DNA of 64,000 bases, taken from NCBI GenBank assembly GCA_907165135.1, contig OU015570.1, positions 372,001 to 436,000 on the forward strand, read 5' to 3'. This DNA is from Oikopleura dioica. Taxonomy: Eukaryota > Animalia > Chordata. Made by a program: the position numbers and the translations under genes. A model generated the notes under the pieces. It was not told the DNA's origin. It saw nothing but the letters and a program-made list of their open reading frames with translations, and ran no database searches. This document shows, one piece after another, positions 1 to 12,392 of this stretch. Every line of letters begins with the position of its first letter. Positions within the stretch are counted from its first letter, which is position 1.

Positions 1-3000
1 CAATTAATGGGTGTTTCTTCGGCGTTTCTATTGACAGAGCTCGTTTTTCCGGCTCTTTCAAGGCGACCACTCGAAAAATCGTTTCTGTTACTCATGATCT
101 GAATCAGAGTTCTAATAGTTTCTGTCAGCTAACAATAATGGATGTCTTTAACAGCTGTAAATTTCATCATTTTAGCTATGTTTCTTCAAAAGAAGAGCTT
201 TTAGCAAAACTGTATAGAAAAGAACTGTAACAGTAAAAATTTAGTTCACTTTCCGTAAAAACTTGCGTTTTTCGGAATCCGTTTTTCGATGCTGGAATTG
301 ATGTTAAAACGGTATTTGAGAATATCCTTTTTTTTTAAAGCTCATCGATCATGATATCGCTTTTTTTTTAAATGAGCTTATTGAATTGACCTTACAGTTA
401 ATCAGTGTTTAACTACAGAATGATAAGTGGAATCCTTAATGGTTAAGTTTTTCTGTAATCGGACTCAAGTTTTTTTTTTATGAATCAGTCTTTCATGAGA
501 GTCCATGATTCTTTTGTCCATATTTTCTGATTTTCATGAGATTTTTGATAAAGAGAGACGTCCGCTAAATATTTTCTACTTTAAATCGTTTCAATTCGAG
601 AAATGGAGGTTTTTGCTCTCCAATGGGGCTTGTTTTTTTTTCAAAGAGGAAGAAAAAGGGTATGAATGAAAGAACTATTTAAATGAATATTTATCTTATG
701 GGTACGGCTATCGATTTTGAGAGTGGCTTATTCTGATTGTTGAAAATACTTTGTTTTTTCCTGAATTCAAGGGGCTTCCGTGAGTTTTTTGGTGAAATGA
801 GTCTCGTACGGACCAAAATTTAGGAGAAATCTGTATTAAGGCTATTTTTTATTAAATCGAATGATCTAAGGGAGTCGTTTGAATCAAAAGGGGGTCGTAG
901 ATCCTTAACACAAAAATTTTAATTATTGAACATGACTTTCATCAATGGGTATTCAGATAGATTCTGAGAAATAAAGATCAAGTTTAGCCAATCGATGTTA
1001 GTAACCTTAATATTTGGCCGATTTGCCCGTTTTATTGAAGCCCGTGATCTGCGCTAGAATTGACCCTCCCAGAGTTATTCGAGCGTTTCGGTGGTGTTCT
1101 TCACTACTGTTCGCTCCAAATTATTTTATTGGCCGTAAAATTTTGAACTTCTCCTTCGCCGCCTTGACCTCTTTATTTTTATGGTTTCTGCCTGAGCGCT
1201 TTAACCGAATTCTGAATTTCAGAATTTCTCATTTTGAAAAATCGGTCAAAAAGGCTGTGAAAATGGTTTTTTCCAAATCTAGAGGTTAAAAGAAGGAAAG
1301 CAAAGAAAGAAAAAGATGGAAGACAAATTTTTGAAAACATCTAAAGTAAGTCGGGAGCAATTCTTTTTCAGCGCATTTTCGGACTAAGTACAATTTAAGG
1401 GTATGCATTTCTTTTAAATTTTCGGATTCGCCGTTTTTCCGAAAATGAAATATTCACAAATCAAAGATTACAAAGGATCTTTATCCAACTTTCAGTTGCA
1501 TTTAAACGAAAGTGGGCAACTCTAAAATGGTGAATAAGAAATTCATTCAATAATTTCGGGGCTCAAATTTCTTTACTCAAATGTTACTAGAAACGCAAGA
1601 GTCCTATTTTAAAATCGACTGAACCTAAAGGGTAATGCGCTCTGAATTCAAGTGAGCCTTTTTTCTTTAAGGATATCACAAAACAATTTTCAATTGAACT
1701 AGTAATCTCAATTCGAGCCGTTATTTCAAAAATTCTTTATCTCAAATATGAACAGAGGACAAGCACAACTCAAAAGCATTGTTGCATCACAAATTCTCCG
1801 TATCACGTGACCTTCACGAATATCATTTTAGATAATCAACATTGCTTGAATATCCCTTTAAAATGAAATGAACAGAAATTCTTCCTTTTTCTCTACTTTT
1901 GATTCATTTTTTTCTAAATGCGAATTTTTCTTGGCTTGATTCGGGTGGGTCAAAAGTTATTTACCATTGTAAATTTGGCTACTTGAGAAAATTTACATAG
2001 GTCACAAACACTGTTTGAAAGCTGCGTTTTCAAAAAACTTTTTCCGGTCGTGTTCAGATTCCGGTCCCCGGAATGCAAACATAGGTAAAATAGCTTTTTT
2101 CCTGACTCAAGTCTTTCATTTGACTCGGAGTATTAAATATTTCTTTGAGATCATTTAATTTTTCAAATTATGTAACGAAAGCCCTTTATTCTCAAATTTT
2201 CGTAATGGCTGTCAAATAACTTTAATTAAAAATTACAGATCTAAGTTTTTATCAAGCGCAGACTTATATTAACGTCTTATCAATATCAAAGTTTAAAATT
2301 TGTTAAGTTGTCGTAAAAACTTATTATTTGAGCTGATTTGCTCTCGCTTTGTGGTTTATTTACTTACTGATTTCTGACGCGAAAAGAAATCGGTGGGCTT
2401 ATTCCTTCCCACAGACGTTCAGAGATTTTTCAAAGTGAATCTCCATGGGCCCACTTTCGTGTAGTGAAATGGCCAAACGTCATTTACGGGGTGCCTTTGG
2501 CTCCCTGGCAGTATACGGAGACCAACTGCCCTCCAAATGGAATCCCTATTATGTTAAATACCTTAACTTAGCGAGAGACCACATGCATGATCCATGCGTA
2601 TGGCGAAGTCAATATTGTCTTTGCCTATCCCTCTGCAAGGTGATAATAACATCTGTCGCCGGTCTACAGTTTGCCTGCGAAACGTAAAAATGAGGCCTAT
2701 GCCGAAAACATTTTTACATCGCAAAACTTTCAGAGGTTAGTTCAGCTTAGATTTTGAGTCTTTTATGATTCTCAATCATAATTTGTTTTTCAATTTTTAT
2801 TGAACCGGTTTGCGCTTGATTAAGACTACTCATTAAATCATAATAGCTACTATACTTCTGTCATTGTTGTTTGTAAGTAACCCTTTACATACCTTTTGTG
2901 TCGTTTTTGTTTTAATTTCGAAGGAGTCGTTTTCGCGTTGGGGCCCATCCTTCAATTTTCTTATTCGTCATTTTTCGGCGATGTTATTTCGTTATGATGA

Positions 3001-3710
3001 AATCGTTTCGTAGCACGTCGCAAGCCCAACTGTGTTGCGATTTTTCAGGCAGTTAGCGCTCAATACGTTTCATCCTGGATCAATGTCGAATCCTTTCTGC
3101 TTGTTTTTTCCTTTTTCTTCTGCCATTGAAGTAACTTCGAGCTTTTTATGTGGAAAATCCCGTCTCCAAGCTGAAGTAAAGGAATCGTTTTGGACACCAT
3201 AACCTTTTTCTGTCGATTTACCTAGCTAATTCTGTCGTGTTTTCGTCAGTTGATCAGGGTTATAGTTTCCTCGGCTCCACATCGAGATCGACATTGCTTT
3301 TCGCCCGCACCAAAGGTTGTCGATTCCGAACATCCCGTGTTTCAGTGTCCACCGCTTTTCGAATCAAAGTGTTATTGTCATCACTCAGAATTAGCAATTA
3401 CCTGCGCAGGTTTTTGCCCTTGCGATTTCCGGGATTCTGTGGATCAAACGTGTACGTTGTTGATGGACTGAAAATCGCCCTCGAAAAGCCCAAGCAGAGT
3501 TCATGTTGATGATTCCAGTCGGCTGTATCGTTTCGACTATTTCCATTATGTCTAAAAGTTCCATTCGTTAACTCTTCCGTGTAATTTGGTAAAATTTAAG
3601 TGTAAACGGATACGGATCTAAAGTTTCAGTACAATGAAGATGGTTTCATCGCGCCAGGATCGGGCGGCTTCTTCTTTCCTAAAGCAGGCAGGCGGGATTC
3701 GAGACCCTTA

Positions 3711-3807
3711 GACGCGCTTTTTTTACGGTTGGATTTTATAACTTTGGCCAACAAATTGGTCGACTCTATAAAAAGTTATAAGAATCCAACCGCAAAAAAA
3801 GCGCGTC
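3711..3807. mobile_element. 97-bp hairpin MITE, PIF/Harbinger(Tourist)-like
   Basis: Near-perfect palindrome GACGCGCTTTTTTTACGGTTGGATT..AATCCAACCGCAAAAAAAGCGCGTC flanked by a TTA duplication (3708-3710, 3808-3810). Confidence 0.7.
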
Positions 3808-4041
3808 TTAGGGTTGATCAGACCAGGTCAGGTTTCGCGCAGGTGGCTAAGTGCAGGGCTTCCAACTCACTCCCACAATTGCCAAAGTCGCTCGTGCCCG
3901 TCGATTTGAAAGTATCACTCATTGCAGAAGCGCAATTTTGGCTCACTTCTTTGAATGTTGATCATCCGCTTGATTCGATTATGATCCAATGTGCCGAAAT
4001 TTTTGTTATTTTCCGTAAAAGCAGTCGCAAGCGACTGTTAC

Positions 4042-4785
4042 CTATTTAGTCCATGTGAAGGTTTTTCGAACTGCAGTTTTTAATTGACTGAAAGTGATGT
4101 CATCATCGTCAATTCCAAGTAGGCGTGTCATCTCAGCGTATTTATGTTGATTGCAGTTCTTCATTGTCATAACCTGAAGAATGCAAACCGCATCGGTGGC
4201 CCTTGGGTCCTTTCCTGTTGTTGTTTTGTATTTCGAGCAGAGACGCAAGAAGAACCGCATAAGCGTTTCATTTTGGCCGCGAGTCATCCTCAGCACATCT
4301 GTTGCCGTCGCTGATCTGGAGGGATACAGGTAGGCTCCAACGGAATCCACAAATAATTCGAAGTCTTTGCGTTCGCTATCTTCTATGATTTCGTCGACGT
4401 AACGATCTCGAGGTCGAAGCGTCATAATGAGCAAGTTCATCATCTGTTTGTCAGACAGCCCAGACTCGCGAGCGTATTTGAAAGCACTCTTGTTTCGGTT
4501 GAAATGTTCCCAGAACGTCAGGTTCGGCTCAGTCCAGTTCCGAAGTCCATATTTTTCCGGGCTTGATATGATGACTTTGTCGGGATCCCGCTTCGGCAAT
4601 TCTGTTCCTTTGTGTCCTTGCTCACCGTCTGAGAGAAAGGTGTTCGTCTGAGTCCCTCTTGTGTTTGTTCCGCCGGTTTCAGGCTCAGGATCAGTGAGCG
4701 GGACATCGAGGTTAGTCTTGGTGTATTTGAATTCGTTGTTTCGAGAAGACATTTTTGGGTTTCGCAGTCTAAATAAGGTATCCAT
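4042..4785 (-). CDS. Gag-like capsid protein of an LTR retrotransposon (remnant; downstream frame degenerate to ~2.95 kb)
   Basis: 247-aa ORF. MTRGQNETLMRFFLRL resembles the Ty3/gypsy Gag major-homology region (QxxxESxxxFxxRL). A degenerate downstream frame contains FDIDPG*NVLS (~3.05-3.1 kb), a possible decayed aspartic-protease motif. Confidence 0.65.
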   Translation of the reverse strand: MDTLFRLRNPKMSSRNNEFKYTKTNLDVPLTDPEPETGGTNTRGTQTNTFLSDGEQGHKGTELPKRDPDKVIISSPEKYGLRNWTEPNLTFWEHFNRNKSAFKYARESGLSDKQMMNLLIMTLRPRDRYVDEIIEDSERKDFELFVDSVGAYLYPSRSATATDVLRMTRGQNETLMRFFLRLCSKYKTTTGKDPRATDAVCILQVMTMKNCNQHKYAEMTRLLGIDDDDITFSQLKTAVRKTFTWTK

Positions 4786-4978
4786 AGTTAATATGTCTTT
4801 TCTTCCTTTTTGTTAATCTTTGCAAGCCTTAAATTTTGTGAAAGCAGTGACGTTTAACGGTTGCAAATTGTGGAAGACGAAATTCTTTGTTGATAAGCTC
4901 GGTGCTTCTGAAGCCTTTTTAGCTTAATGAGGTAGTTAGGCTTAATAATTAATGTTAAGTTTGTAACACTTACTCATG

Positions 4979-5750
4979 CTATCCCCGGCGTCGGCTCAGC
5001 CTTTCAGGAAGCTTTCCCGAGAGAGGGATTTTACGCGTATTTTCGCTTGTCGGGAAAGGGAGGTTTCTTTGTGGCTGGCCATTGATTGCGAACGCTCGTT
5101 GTACCCGCCGTTGTTCTCGCTGCGCTTCGTATTCAGATGCGAATTGGCGGATTCGATGGTCAGTTGTACGGCAACGCTCACAGTTATCCAGGTTTGAATT
5201 GAGCAGTAGAGACAAGGTCCGTTCATTGTTGATTTTTCTAAAGAAAAACCTTGCCGTTTGCTTTTGGGCCGCGTAAAGAGAAATGTAGTTCGTCCGGATG
5301 CGACGAAATTCAATTGTGATTTTGAAATGCCATTCTAGCAGCTCATCAAGCGTAGTTGGCGCAGGGCTGGTTTCGAGGATTCTTTCAAGATTCCTTAGAT
5401 TTTATTTATAATTATATTATTTATAAGATTTCTTGGTGAATAATTTGGCAGGGCTGAAGAGTTAGCCGTTCTTTGAATCATCACTACGATTGAGCCGATA
5501 ATTCCGTGACTTTCCGATTGATGGCCAATCGGGTATCGTTTGCCGGCGAGTGCGTCGGGAATCAATTTGAGATACATTTGTTTAATTCTATTCGTGACGT
5601 TGCTGCGTTGTTCCACACTCATTATTTCTTTTCTTAATTGTGTTGCAATCGTATCTAAATATGATCAATTGTCGAGATTTTTCGAGAGCTCCGCTGACTC
5701 TTTAATCATCGAGCTCCGCCGAGGTTTTCACAGAGGAGGTGGACTTATGG
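4979..5750 (-). pseudogene. Unknown ORF immediately upstream of gag (same strand), interrupted
   Basis: ORF pieces 5395-5622 and 4979-5395 join in frame (..PNYSPRNLERILETSPAPTTLDELLEW..) once a short AT-rich insertion at ~5395-5430 flanked by duplicated aag(a/g)aatctt is removed. One stop near 5670. Contains CERCRTTDHRIRQF (CX2CX4H, knuckle-like). Confidence 0.4.
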
Positions 5751-6699
5751 CTGTTAATCAAGGGCTTAGCCGAATGGCAAAGCTAAGACCTAAAGAACAC
5801 ATTTTTACGTAGGAAATCGAGAAATCTGGCGGAAAAACAACAGCGTATATGCGTTTTGAGCAAAGAATCGATGCTTTCTTGTAAACAATTTCTAAACCCT
5901 AACCTATCTTTTTTTGCAAAAATCGGGGCTCTGCCTTTAATTTCAGCAAAATTCTTTCTAAAAGGCAATTTTTGTTAATTTTGAGCAGAGTTTTGCCGAT
6001 GAAAGAGCCAAAATACATATTTTAGTTGACCCTTTTGGCAAAGATCGAGGGCTCCGCTGGAGGCTGCAGCCAGAATAACTTGAGATGGCCCAAATTCGGC
6101 AGAAAAATCAAGGGCTCCGCCGGAGCCAGCCCAAAAATCATTCGGCGAAAATCCTACAGAGCTCCTTGGTCAGGAGGAGAAAATGGGCATGGTCAGGCAC
6201 TTTTATAGGAGCGCTCGCTCACAAGTCTCACTTCAAGTTCGACTTTATTTCTGAGCTGCAGTTCCGAGTTGAGTGATGAGCTCGCGCTTCGCAGTTGGTG
6301 CTCGCGCTCGGCCCTCAGCTTCGGATTCTGTGAGTTTGGCTCGAGACTCGACTTTCGTTTTTGTAATCATAAGTTATGGACCATAACATGGTGTCGAGCT
6401 ACAATTGTTGCTACACCATATATGGTGTTTTTGGCGGGTACCCCAGCTTTTTCCCAGCGATTTTACCGAAAGTTTACCCTAGTCAGCTTCTCTGATCCTC
6501 AAAGTATGAACTTCCCTGAGAGAATTTTCGATTAAATGAACTTTGGTATCATGATTGGAACACTATTATTGAACAAAAAAATTATTTTTCAGCAAAGATT
6601 TTTAATAAAATCATGATAAACCAAATATGGTGCAGAGCTTTCATAGAGGATGCACCATATATGGTGTTCTTGGCGGATACCCCAGAAAATCCACTTTTG

Positions 6700-6913
6700 G
6701 CGGGCTAAGGTTAAATCTCATTATTTTCAAAGAAAATGTAAGATTTTCGATAAGAAAAACGCCACATCTGGCAAAAAAGGAGAAATATAAAATTTTGGCG
6801 CAAAAAATGTCCAAAAACTTGATACAGGCACTTTTGAAAGGTGTCCCAAGAAAACCCCTTAAAATTGCAAAAATGTCCAAAAATTTGATGTCCAAAAATT
6901 CCATAAAAAACTG
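6700..6913. mobile_element. Truncated copy of the TA-TSD MITE family seen at 14222 and 60975
   Basis: Matches the right part of 60975-61373 (..GTCCAAAAATTCCATAAAAAACTG|TA). Confidence 0.7.
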
Positions 6914-7613
6914 TACGTTGATGGTGTAAATCTACAGGCTAGTCGTTTTTTTGTTATTTTGAGAGAAAATTCAAAATTTATTGACGTGACCACAAAGATA
7001 TTAAAGTCGACCCCCCTCAGCCTTTTTTTGAAAATTTTCAAATTTGCCGCTTTATCGTAAGATTTATGCCTTCTCGACTTTCTTTCCTAATATTTCGTGA
7101 CTCATCTGCGCGCGCGCGAATGAGAAATCAAGCTTTTCCAAGCTCGATTTTCCTTTTTTTTTTGTGAAGAAAGATCAAGAAAACGAGAAAAGACGAAGAT
7201 GAAGTGAATTTTTAAAAGACTTTTATATTGTTATTATTATTTTGAGAAAGTGATTATTATTTGAAAAGCTATATTTTTCTATTTTCATTTGTTTCAACTT
7301 TCATGGGACCAATTCTGGTCACCATTTTTTTTAAATAGAAGGTTATAGCTTCCAACGTGCCGATAAGCAACGAAGAATTCGAAGAAATCCGGGACAAGCT
7401 TGATCGTGAGCTCAAAATCTCCCTTGGCGTCAATAAAGATGGAAATTAATGATGATTTCAAAAACTCGCCTCAGGTAAAGGAATCAGTAGTCTATTCCTC
7501 GATTTCATTCAAAATCAATAGGTACCGGACAAAAGTGACGAAGTTTCTCTTTCTTCCTCATCCGACTTCTCTGACAAGGACTACAACTTGGCCAGCGAGC
7601 AGATCGAACGTGA

Positions 7614-9914
7614 CTCGGAGCTCTACGAGAATTCTTCAAGAAAGATGGTGATGAACTTGTTGCTCTTGGATATTTTTCAAAGGCACTTGTTGGACCTGAC
7701 CTTCGAAGATCGATGAGAGCAAAAGAGCTGTTTGCCCTCGCACTCGGTATCCAATTCTTTGAATTCTATCTTCTCAACACGACCCTTACCGCTGTCGTCG
7801 ATCACAAGAGTCTTCTGTACCTGTTTAAAGAGCAATCTGAATACCGAAAGAATGACATCAAGTTTCAAAATCTGCTCAATTACCTTCTACGATTCGACTT
7901 TCGAATCCTCCACAAAAGTGGAGACTCACCAATGATCGCAACAGCAGACTTCTTGAGCCGACTTCCTGAGTACAAAAGCTCTGATCTTGAAAAAGACTCC
8001 GAAACATTTGAAGACATACCAGAAACAGTGTTGCTTCTTCACACTTCCTGTGAGAAGAACGACCAAATTATCTTCAAATTCGGTGATCAAGAGTTTGATG
8101 AAAGTACTGTTTTAAGACTTCAAATGGAATGCAATATTAAGCGAAACAAATTTGAGAAAGCTAAACTGAACCCAAAGTCATCATTCAAAATCAAAAATGA
8201 TGTTCTATACAAGGACAATCGCCTTGTTCTACCACAAAACTTGTCCGATGAATTCCTTTCATACCTTCAATGCGTAACCGGACATGCAGGAGCAAAACAA
8301 ATGGTCACACTCTGCCAGAAGTTCTTCATTCACCAAGTCCAAATGAAGATTCGCCAACTAAGTTCTTCTTGCCCAACTTGCCTTCAGATCAAACGAATGG
8401 CAAAACCAGGGCTGGATATTTTGAAATCAACAAAAATCTCAAACCCCGAAAAAAACATGAATAATCATCTCATCCATTTCAAAAATGAAATCTCATAAAA
8501 TTTTCTGTCTGAGATCTCAATTTTCGATTTTGCAAAAAATTGATATTTGAAATGCTGAGATCTCAATTATCTCAGAAAACCGCGTGAGTTGGACACGCGC
8601 GTTGCAATCAAATGAAATTTGAAATGCTGAGATCTCAAGCATTTCAGACGCATCTGAACCAATCACAAGTCTTGCTCTAAGCCCGGGACGTTTGTCCGCG
8701 GCCCTTGCGCGTTTTGCAAAATTTTGAGATTTGAGATCTTGAGATCTCAGCAATCTCAAGAATGGAAAAAATTATGACGAGGGTGTTGTAATAATATTGA
8801 AATTTGAGATTTGTTGAAATGGTGCAAAATTTTGAAATGAAAATGAGATTTCACACAAAAATCGATTTGAAATTTTTGCTGATTTCAAAATATCCAGCCC
8901 TGGGCAAAACTACGACCGTCGATGATCGAGAAACGAATGTTTGAATCGACTCCATTTGCGAAAACGCACTTTGACCTAGTAGATTATGCAAGACCCGACA
9001 GCGCCGGAAAACGCTATCTACTAACCTGCTGCGACTCCCTCACAGGATTACTCGATGGAATACCACTAAGCCGCAAAACCGATGAGATTGTCGCAAAACA
9101 TCTCCTGAACCTCATTCTTACTCATGGATGCACTGGCGACGCTATCACCGACAATGGTGCTGAGTTAAATGGCCCACTTGTCACTGAGATCTTCAAACGT
9201 TTTGAAATCCGCCATACCACAACAACGGCTTATCGTAGCCAGAGCAATGGTCAACTCGAAAGATTGCACCGAGAAATAAACCTTAAGCTCAAAACACTCA
9301 ATGCGAACAACCGAAACTGGTCTGCAGCGTGGCCACTCTGTAAGTATTTTGTTATCAATCTTCCAAAAAAAATCCTGGACGGACTAAGCGCCAACGAAGG
9401 TTACTATGGTCGCTCATTTAATCCGCCATTTCAAACCAATTTCGATGCAAAATCTTCCGGAAAACCATGGATCAAGAGCCTTGAAAGCTACTTCAAGGAA
9501 CTCCATCCCGCGATCCTCGCCTACCAAATCGAAAAGCACCGCAAACTTGTCAAATCTGACAAAAACAGCTGCCCCGTCCTTAATACTGGTCAAAAATGTC
9601 TTGTCTGGAAACCAGCACTTGGTAAGCTCAGCAGAGTTTGGCACGGCCCCTACACAATTCACAAGCGAATCAGCAAAGATTCGTACATCGTGAAAGATAT
9701 AAACACCGGCCGTGAATACAGAAGACACATAAATCTGATCCGACCATGCACAATGCAGCAGCAGGACTGTGAAACAGAAAGTCTTTCAGCGAAAGACCAA
9801 ACCGAAGTTCCGAATAAATGTCTTGATGAAATGATGTCACCCGAGACAATCATCAACTCCGACGACGAAAACGAAAACGCCTGGTCAAAGCGACTGCGTC
9901 CGCGAAAGCGATAA
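7614..9914 (+). pseudogene. Ty3/gypsy pol remnant: RNase H plus integrase (zinc finger, DDE core, GPY/F), split by a MITE
   Basis: LVALGYFSKAL..AKELFALALG..VVDHKSL (RNase H); TGHAG..CPTC (Zn finger); HFDLVD / ITDNG / NGQLERLHREI (DDE); WHGPYTI. Removing 8407-8902 and one TSD joins the two ORFs in frame (..IKRMAK-LRPSMIEKR..). Confidence 0.92.
8407..8902. mobile_element. hAT-like MITE (496 bp)
   Basis: ~37-bp TIR CAGGGCTGGATATTTTGAAATCA(A/G)CAAAAAT; perfect 8-bp TSD GGCAAAAC (8399-8406, 8903-8910). Confidence 0.92.
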
Positions 9915-9923
9915 AATCAAAAT

Positions 9924-9940
9924 AAAGGGGGAGGAAGGGC
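9924..9940 (+). promoter_or_regulatory. Putative polypurine tract of the LTR element
   Basis: AAAGGGGGAGGAAGGG about 10 nt after the pol stop codon. No TG-initiated LTR follows it. Confidence 0.5.
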
Positions 9941-10254
9941 CTCCACAACCCTAAATTTGAAATCCACATTCAGCGTGTGTGGTTGCCAATAGTAAAAAGT
10001 CCATAGAGTACTCGACTTCACAGCAATATTCAATGGTAGCTCACGGAGAACTTGTATTGTCCCCACCCAGCCCTCTCAACGTCTGTTTCAGCAACATGTT
10101 GATTCTCGTCGATTTCTTTGCATATCAAAAAGATAAATGCGTTTAGTATCGCCCTGTCTCCGAGTTCAAAATAAGGATTTCTATATAGCAGCATCCTTTA
10201 AAGGTTTATCACAATATATAGATTCATATTTAGACGAGGAATGAAACGAATCAA

Positions 10255-10645
10255 ATGCCAAACAAGATCACAAGGCGAAGCAAGTACAAAGCAGCAAGTT
10301 CTAGTGCGAATTATGAAAAAAATCAAGCTGGATTCTTCACTGGCTTCGGTCAAGAGCAGCTCGACCAAGACCTTGATCCTCGGCTGAGAGTTGCGTTTAG
10401 AAAGAGTTCGAACAAAGATGCAACAACGCGAATCAAGGCCTCTGAAGAGATTCTTGGGATATTGGAGGATAAAGAAAGCGATTTGTCTGGGACGATAACT
10501 GCGATGCTGAAAGCTTGGCCTCGCTACTACTCGAAGTCAGTTTCAGATCCGGAGCCAAGAGTTAGAAGCCAAGCGCACAATGTCACTTTACGCGTTCTAC
10601 AACTTTCTGGAAAGCAATCCGCTCCTTATTTGAAGTCGATCATGC
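10255..10645 (+). pseudogene. LTN1: Listerin E3 ligase N-terminal fragment (~130 codons)
   Basis: GFFTGFG..DPRLRVAFRKSSNKDATTRIKA..WPRYYSKSVSDPEPRVRSQA..KQSAPYLKSIM matches the LTN1/Rkr1 N-terminus as I recall it (FIGFG..LRKLSKKDVTTKLKA..WPRIFCKISLDHDRRVREA..KQLAPYLKSLM). Truncated at the junction. Confidence 0.85.
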
Positions 10646-11495
10646 CGCCTCGGAAATGACCATGGGTGAAATTCTCGAGCTGTGGCGGAAAATGGGCGCC
10701 AAGGAATTCGCGAAAACAGTAACACATCCAAAAGTAGCAAAGTTGAAAGGTAAAGAAGTGCGCCAAGTGGTCAAGAGATCGGGAGCGAGCGCGGAAAAGC
10801 GAAAGCTACAGCTTGAAAAAATGCACCAGAGGAAATTTCATCGAAGAAAATGCTGCCTAAGTTAAGGCAAGTCGTAGAAGGTAGGTCGAGATTGAGGACA
10901 CCTGGTTCTCTGTAGAAAACCTGAGCGGGCTCAAATAAAAGATCATAGCTGCTACAGTAGACTAACAAAAGTATTCAGTTCCTAATCGCTCAAAAATGAC
11001 GGATCCTCGATTAAACCCTGAGCTCGGTGAATTCAACCACACCGCCTTCGACAAAAGATTCGCCTTCATCGCGGACATAGAAGAAAAGAGCATTTTAAAA
11101 AAGAGCTGAAAAATTGTGAAAAACGCGGACATCAAGCAAAATATGCGCAATCTTGTCAACAGGTAATCGAATCATTATTTTCTTGACTTGGCAACCTTCG
11201 CAGAAACATGAGTCAGAGTCCCGGAATAACGTTGATGAAAAGCCGCGTAGCTTCTTTTCGCCTAAATTGCCATCCTATTGAAAAACCTACAGAACACTGA
11301 CTCAGGACCTGTTTTTTTACAGAGGTTGCCAACCCAAACTCTTTTTGAAAGTTTTTTCTTTATTGAACCCTTATTTTAGGATCGAGCAAAAAGCAAATGC
11401 CCGCCGAAAAAGGATGGAAATTCGACAAAAAGAAAGCGAGTGGAAAAAAGAAGAAAGAGAAAAGCAAAAAGATGGCAAAGCAGCTTTTTATCGGC
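10646..11495 (+). pseudogene. RRP36: RRP36 internal fragment, 3 exons, frameshifted
   Basis: SEMTMGEILEL..KNAPEEISSKKMLPKLRQVVE|VPNRSKMTDPRLNPELGEFNHTAFDKRFAFI..NLVNR|IEQKANARRKR..KQKDGKAAFY. GT-AG introns at 10881-10978 and 11163-11379 restore the frame. Frameshifts near 10815 and in A-runs near 11090-11125. Confidence 0.85.
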
Positions 11496-11802
11496 TTACT
11501 TTAGCAGCTTTTTATATATTTTATATTTTTTGTAAATTTGGGGGTTCCATTTTTGTTTTTCGAAGTCACCAGATAGAAATAAACTGATGTTCTTGATATA
11601 TGGCCGGGCGGCGTTGCCTAATGCTACTCTAGTAGTTTATGCCTAATCATAGTCGAACACGATTTACCATCATTCTCAGAGCTGACTGACCGAGTCAATT
11701 TGTTATGTAATAGCTCCGCTGCGGAGGACTTTTTTTACTCGGGAAAAGAAATTAAAAATCATTTTTGAAGAAAGACTCCGAAAAATTCAAATTTTCGCTT
11801 AA

Positions 11803-12233
11803 CTTCTCAAGGCACGTGGTCCAATCATTGGACCACGGCGACTTTACCCCTGTATTTCCCGTTCTAGTAATCTGTTTGACCTGAATTTTGTAATGTGAGC
11901 TGATAGGACGGAAACGAACCACTGTGTGAAGTTTCGAATGAAAACTCAAAAGTGGTGGTGTTTTGCGCCATATTTCTCTTTCGCTCTCTGGTGGAAAATC
12001 GAAACGGATTTTTCGATTTACAATAGTAAATTATTATAGAAGAGAGTTCAAGCTCTCTAACAATATATTTATAATCTTTTTACTTAACGGAAACGTCAAT
12101 TAGAGCCAAAAGTCCTGAGCGCTATTTTTCACACTATGAATTTGGCGCGCCGCGCGGGCTGGATAATGCATTGTGGTCCAATTATTGGACCACGTGTTTT
12201 GAGGGTATAGTAGCGCGCCCGTGTTTTGAGAAG
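11803..12233. mobile_element. TTAA-target MITE (piggyBac-like); inverted copy at 37404-37837
   Basis: TTAA|CTTCTCAA..TTGAGAAG|TTAA; internal GTGGTCCAATNATTGGACCAC palindromes at both ends; full-length homology to 37404-37837. Confidence 0.85.
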
Positions 12234-12392
12234 TTAAGAAATTTTTTTCCCGAAAAAAATAGAAAATTTTCATTTTCTATAAAAAGCTTCCAAAAAGTAA
12301 TTTTACAGTCAAAAACTTACTAAAAACTGTTTTTTAAGGGTCTTGACTTAAGAAAAAGAGTAAGTCAGGCCAAAAAAAAATTCATAAATTAA

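Noticed and set aside
1-2300. Decayed coding sequence (e.g. SDIMIDE, Walker-B-like)
   Set aside because: AT-rich with frequent stops in all frames; no family can be supported.
2400-2690. Tyrosine recombinase or RT motifs (RHLRGAFG; SESPWA; FGHF..HG)
   Set aside because: Only isolated 4-6-residue resemblances in different frames and strands; no catalytic motif set.
7475-7521. 47-nt GT-AG intron suggesting a host gene (MEINDDFKNSPQ|VPDKSDE..) fused to pol
   Set aside because: The same bases fit the pol connection/RNaseH start (LPHP-DFS..LASDA..LGAL) with two single-base deletions, which is the simpler reading. I cannot exclude the alternative.
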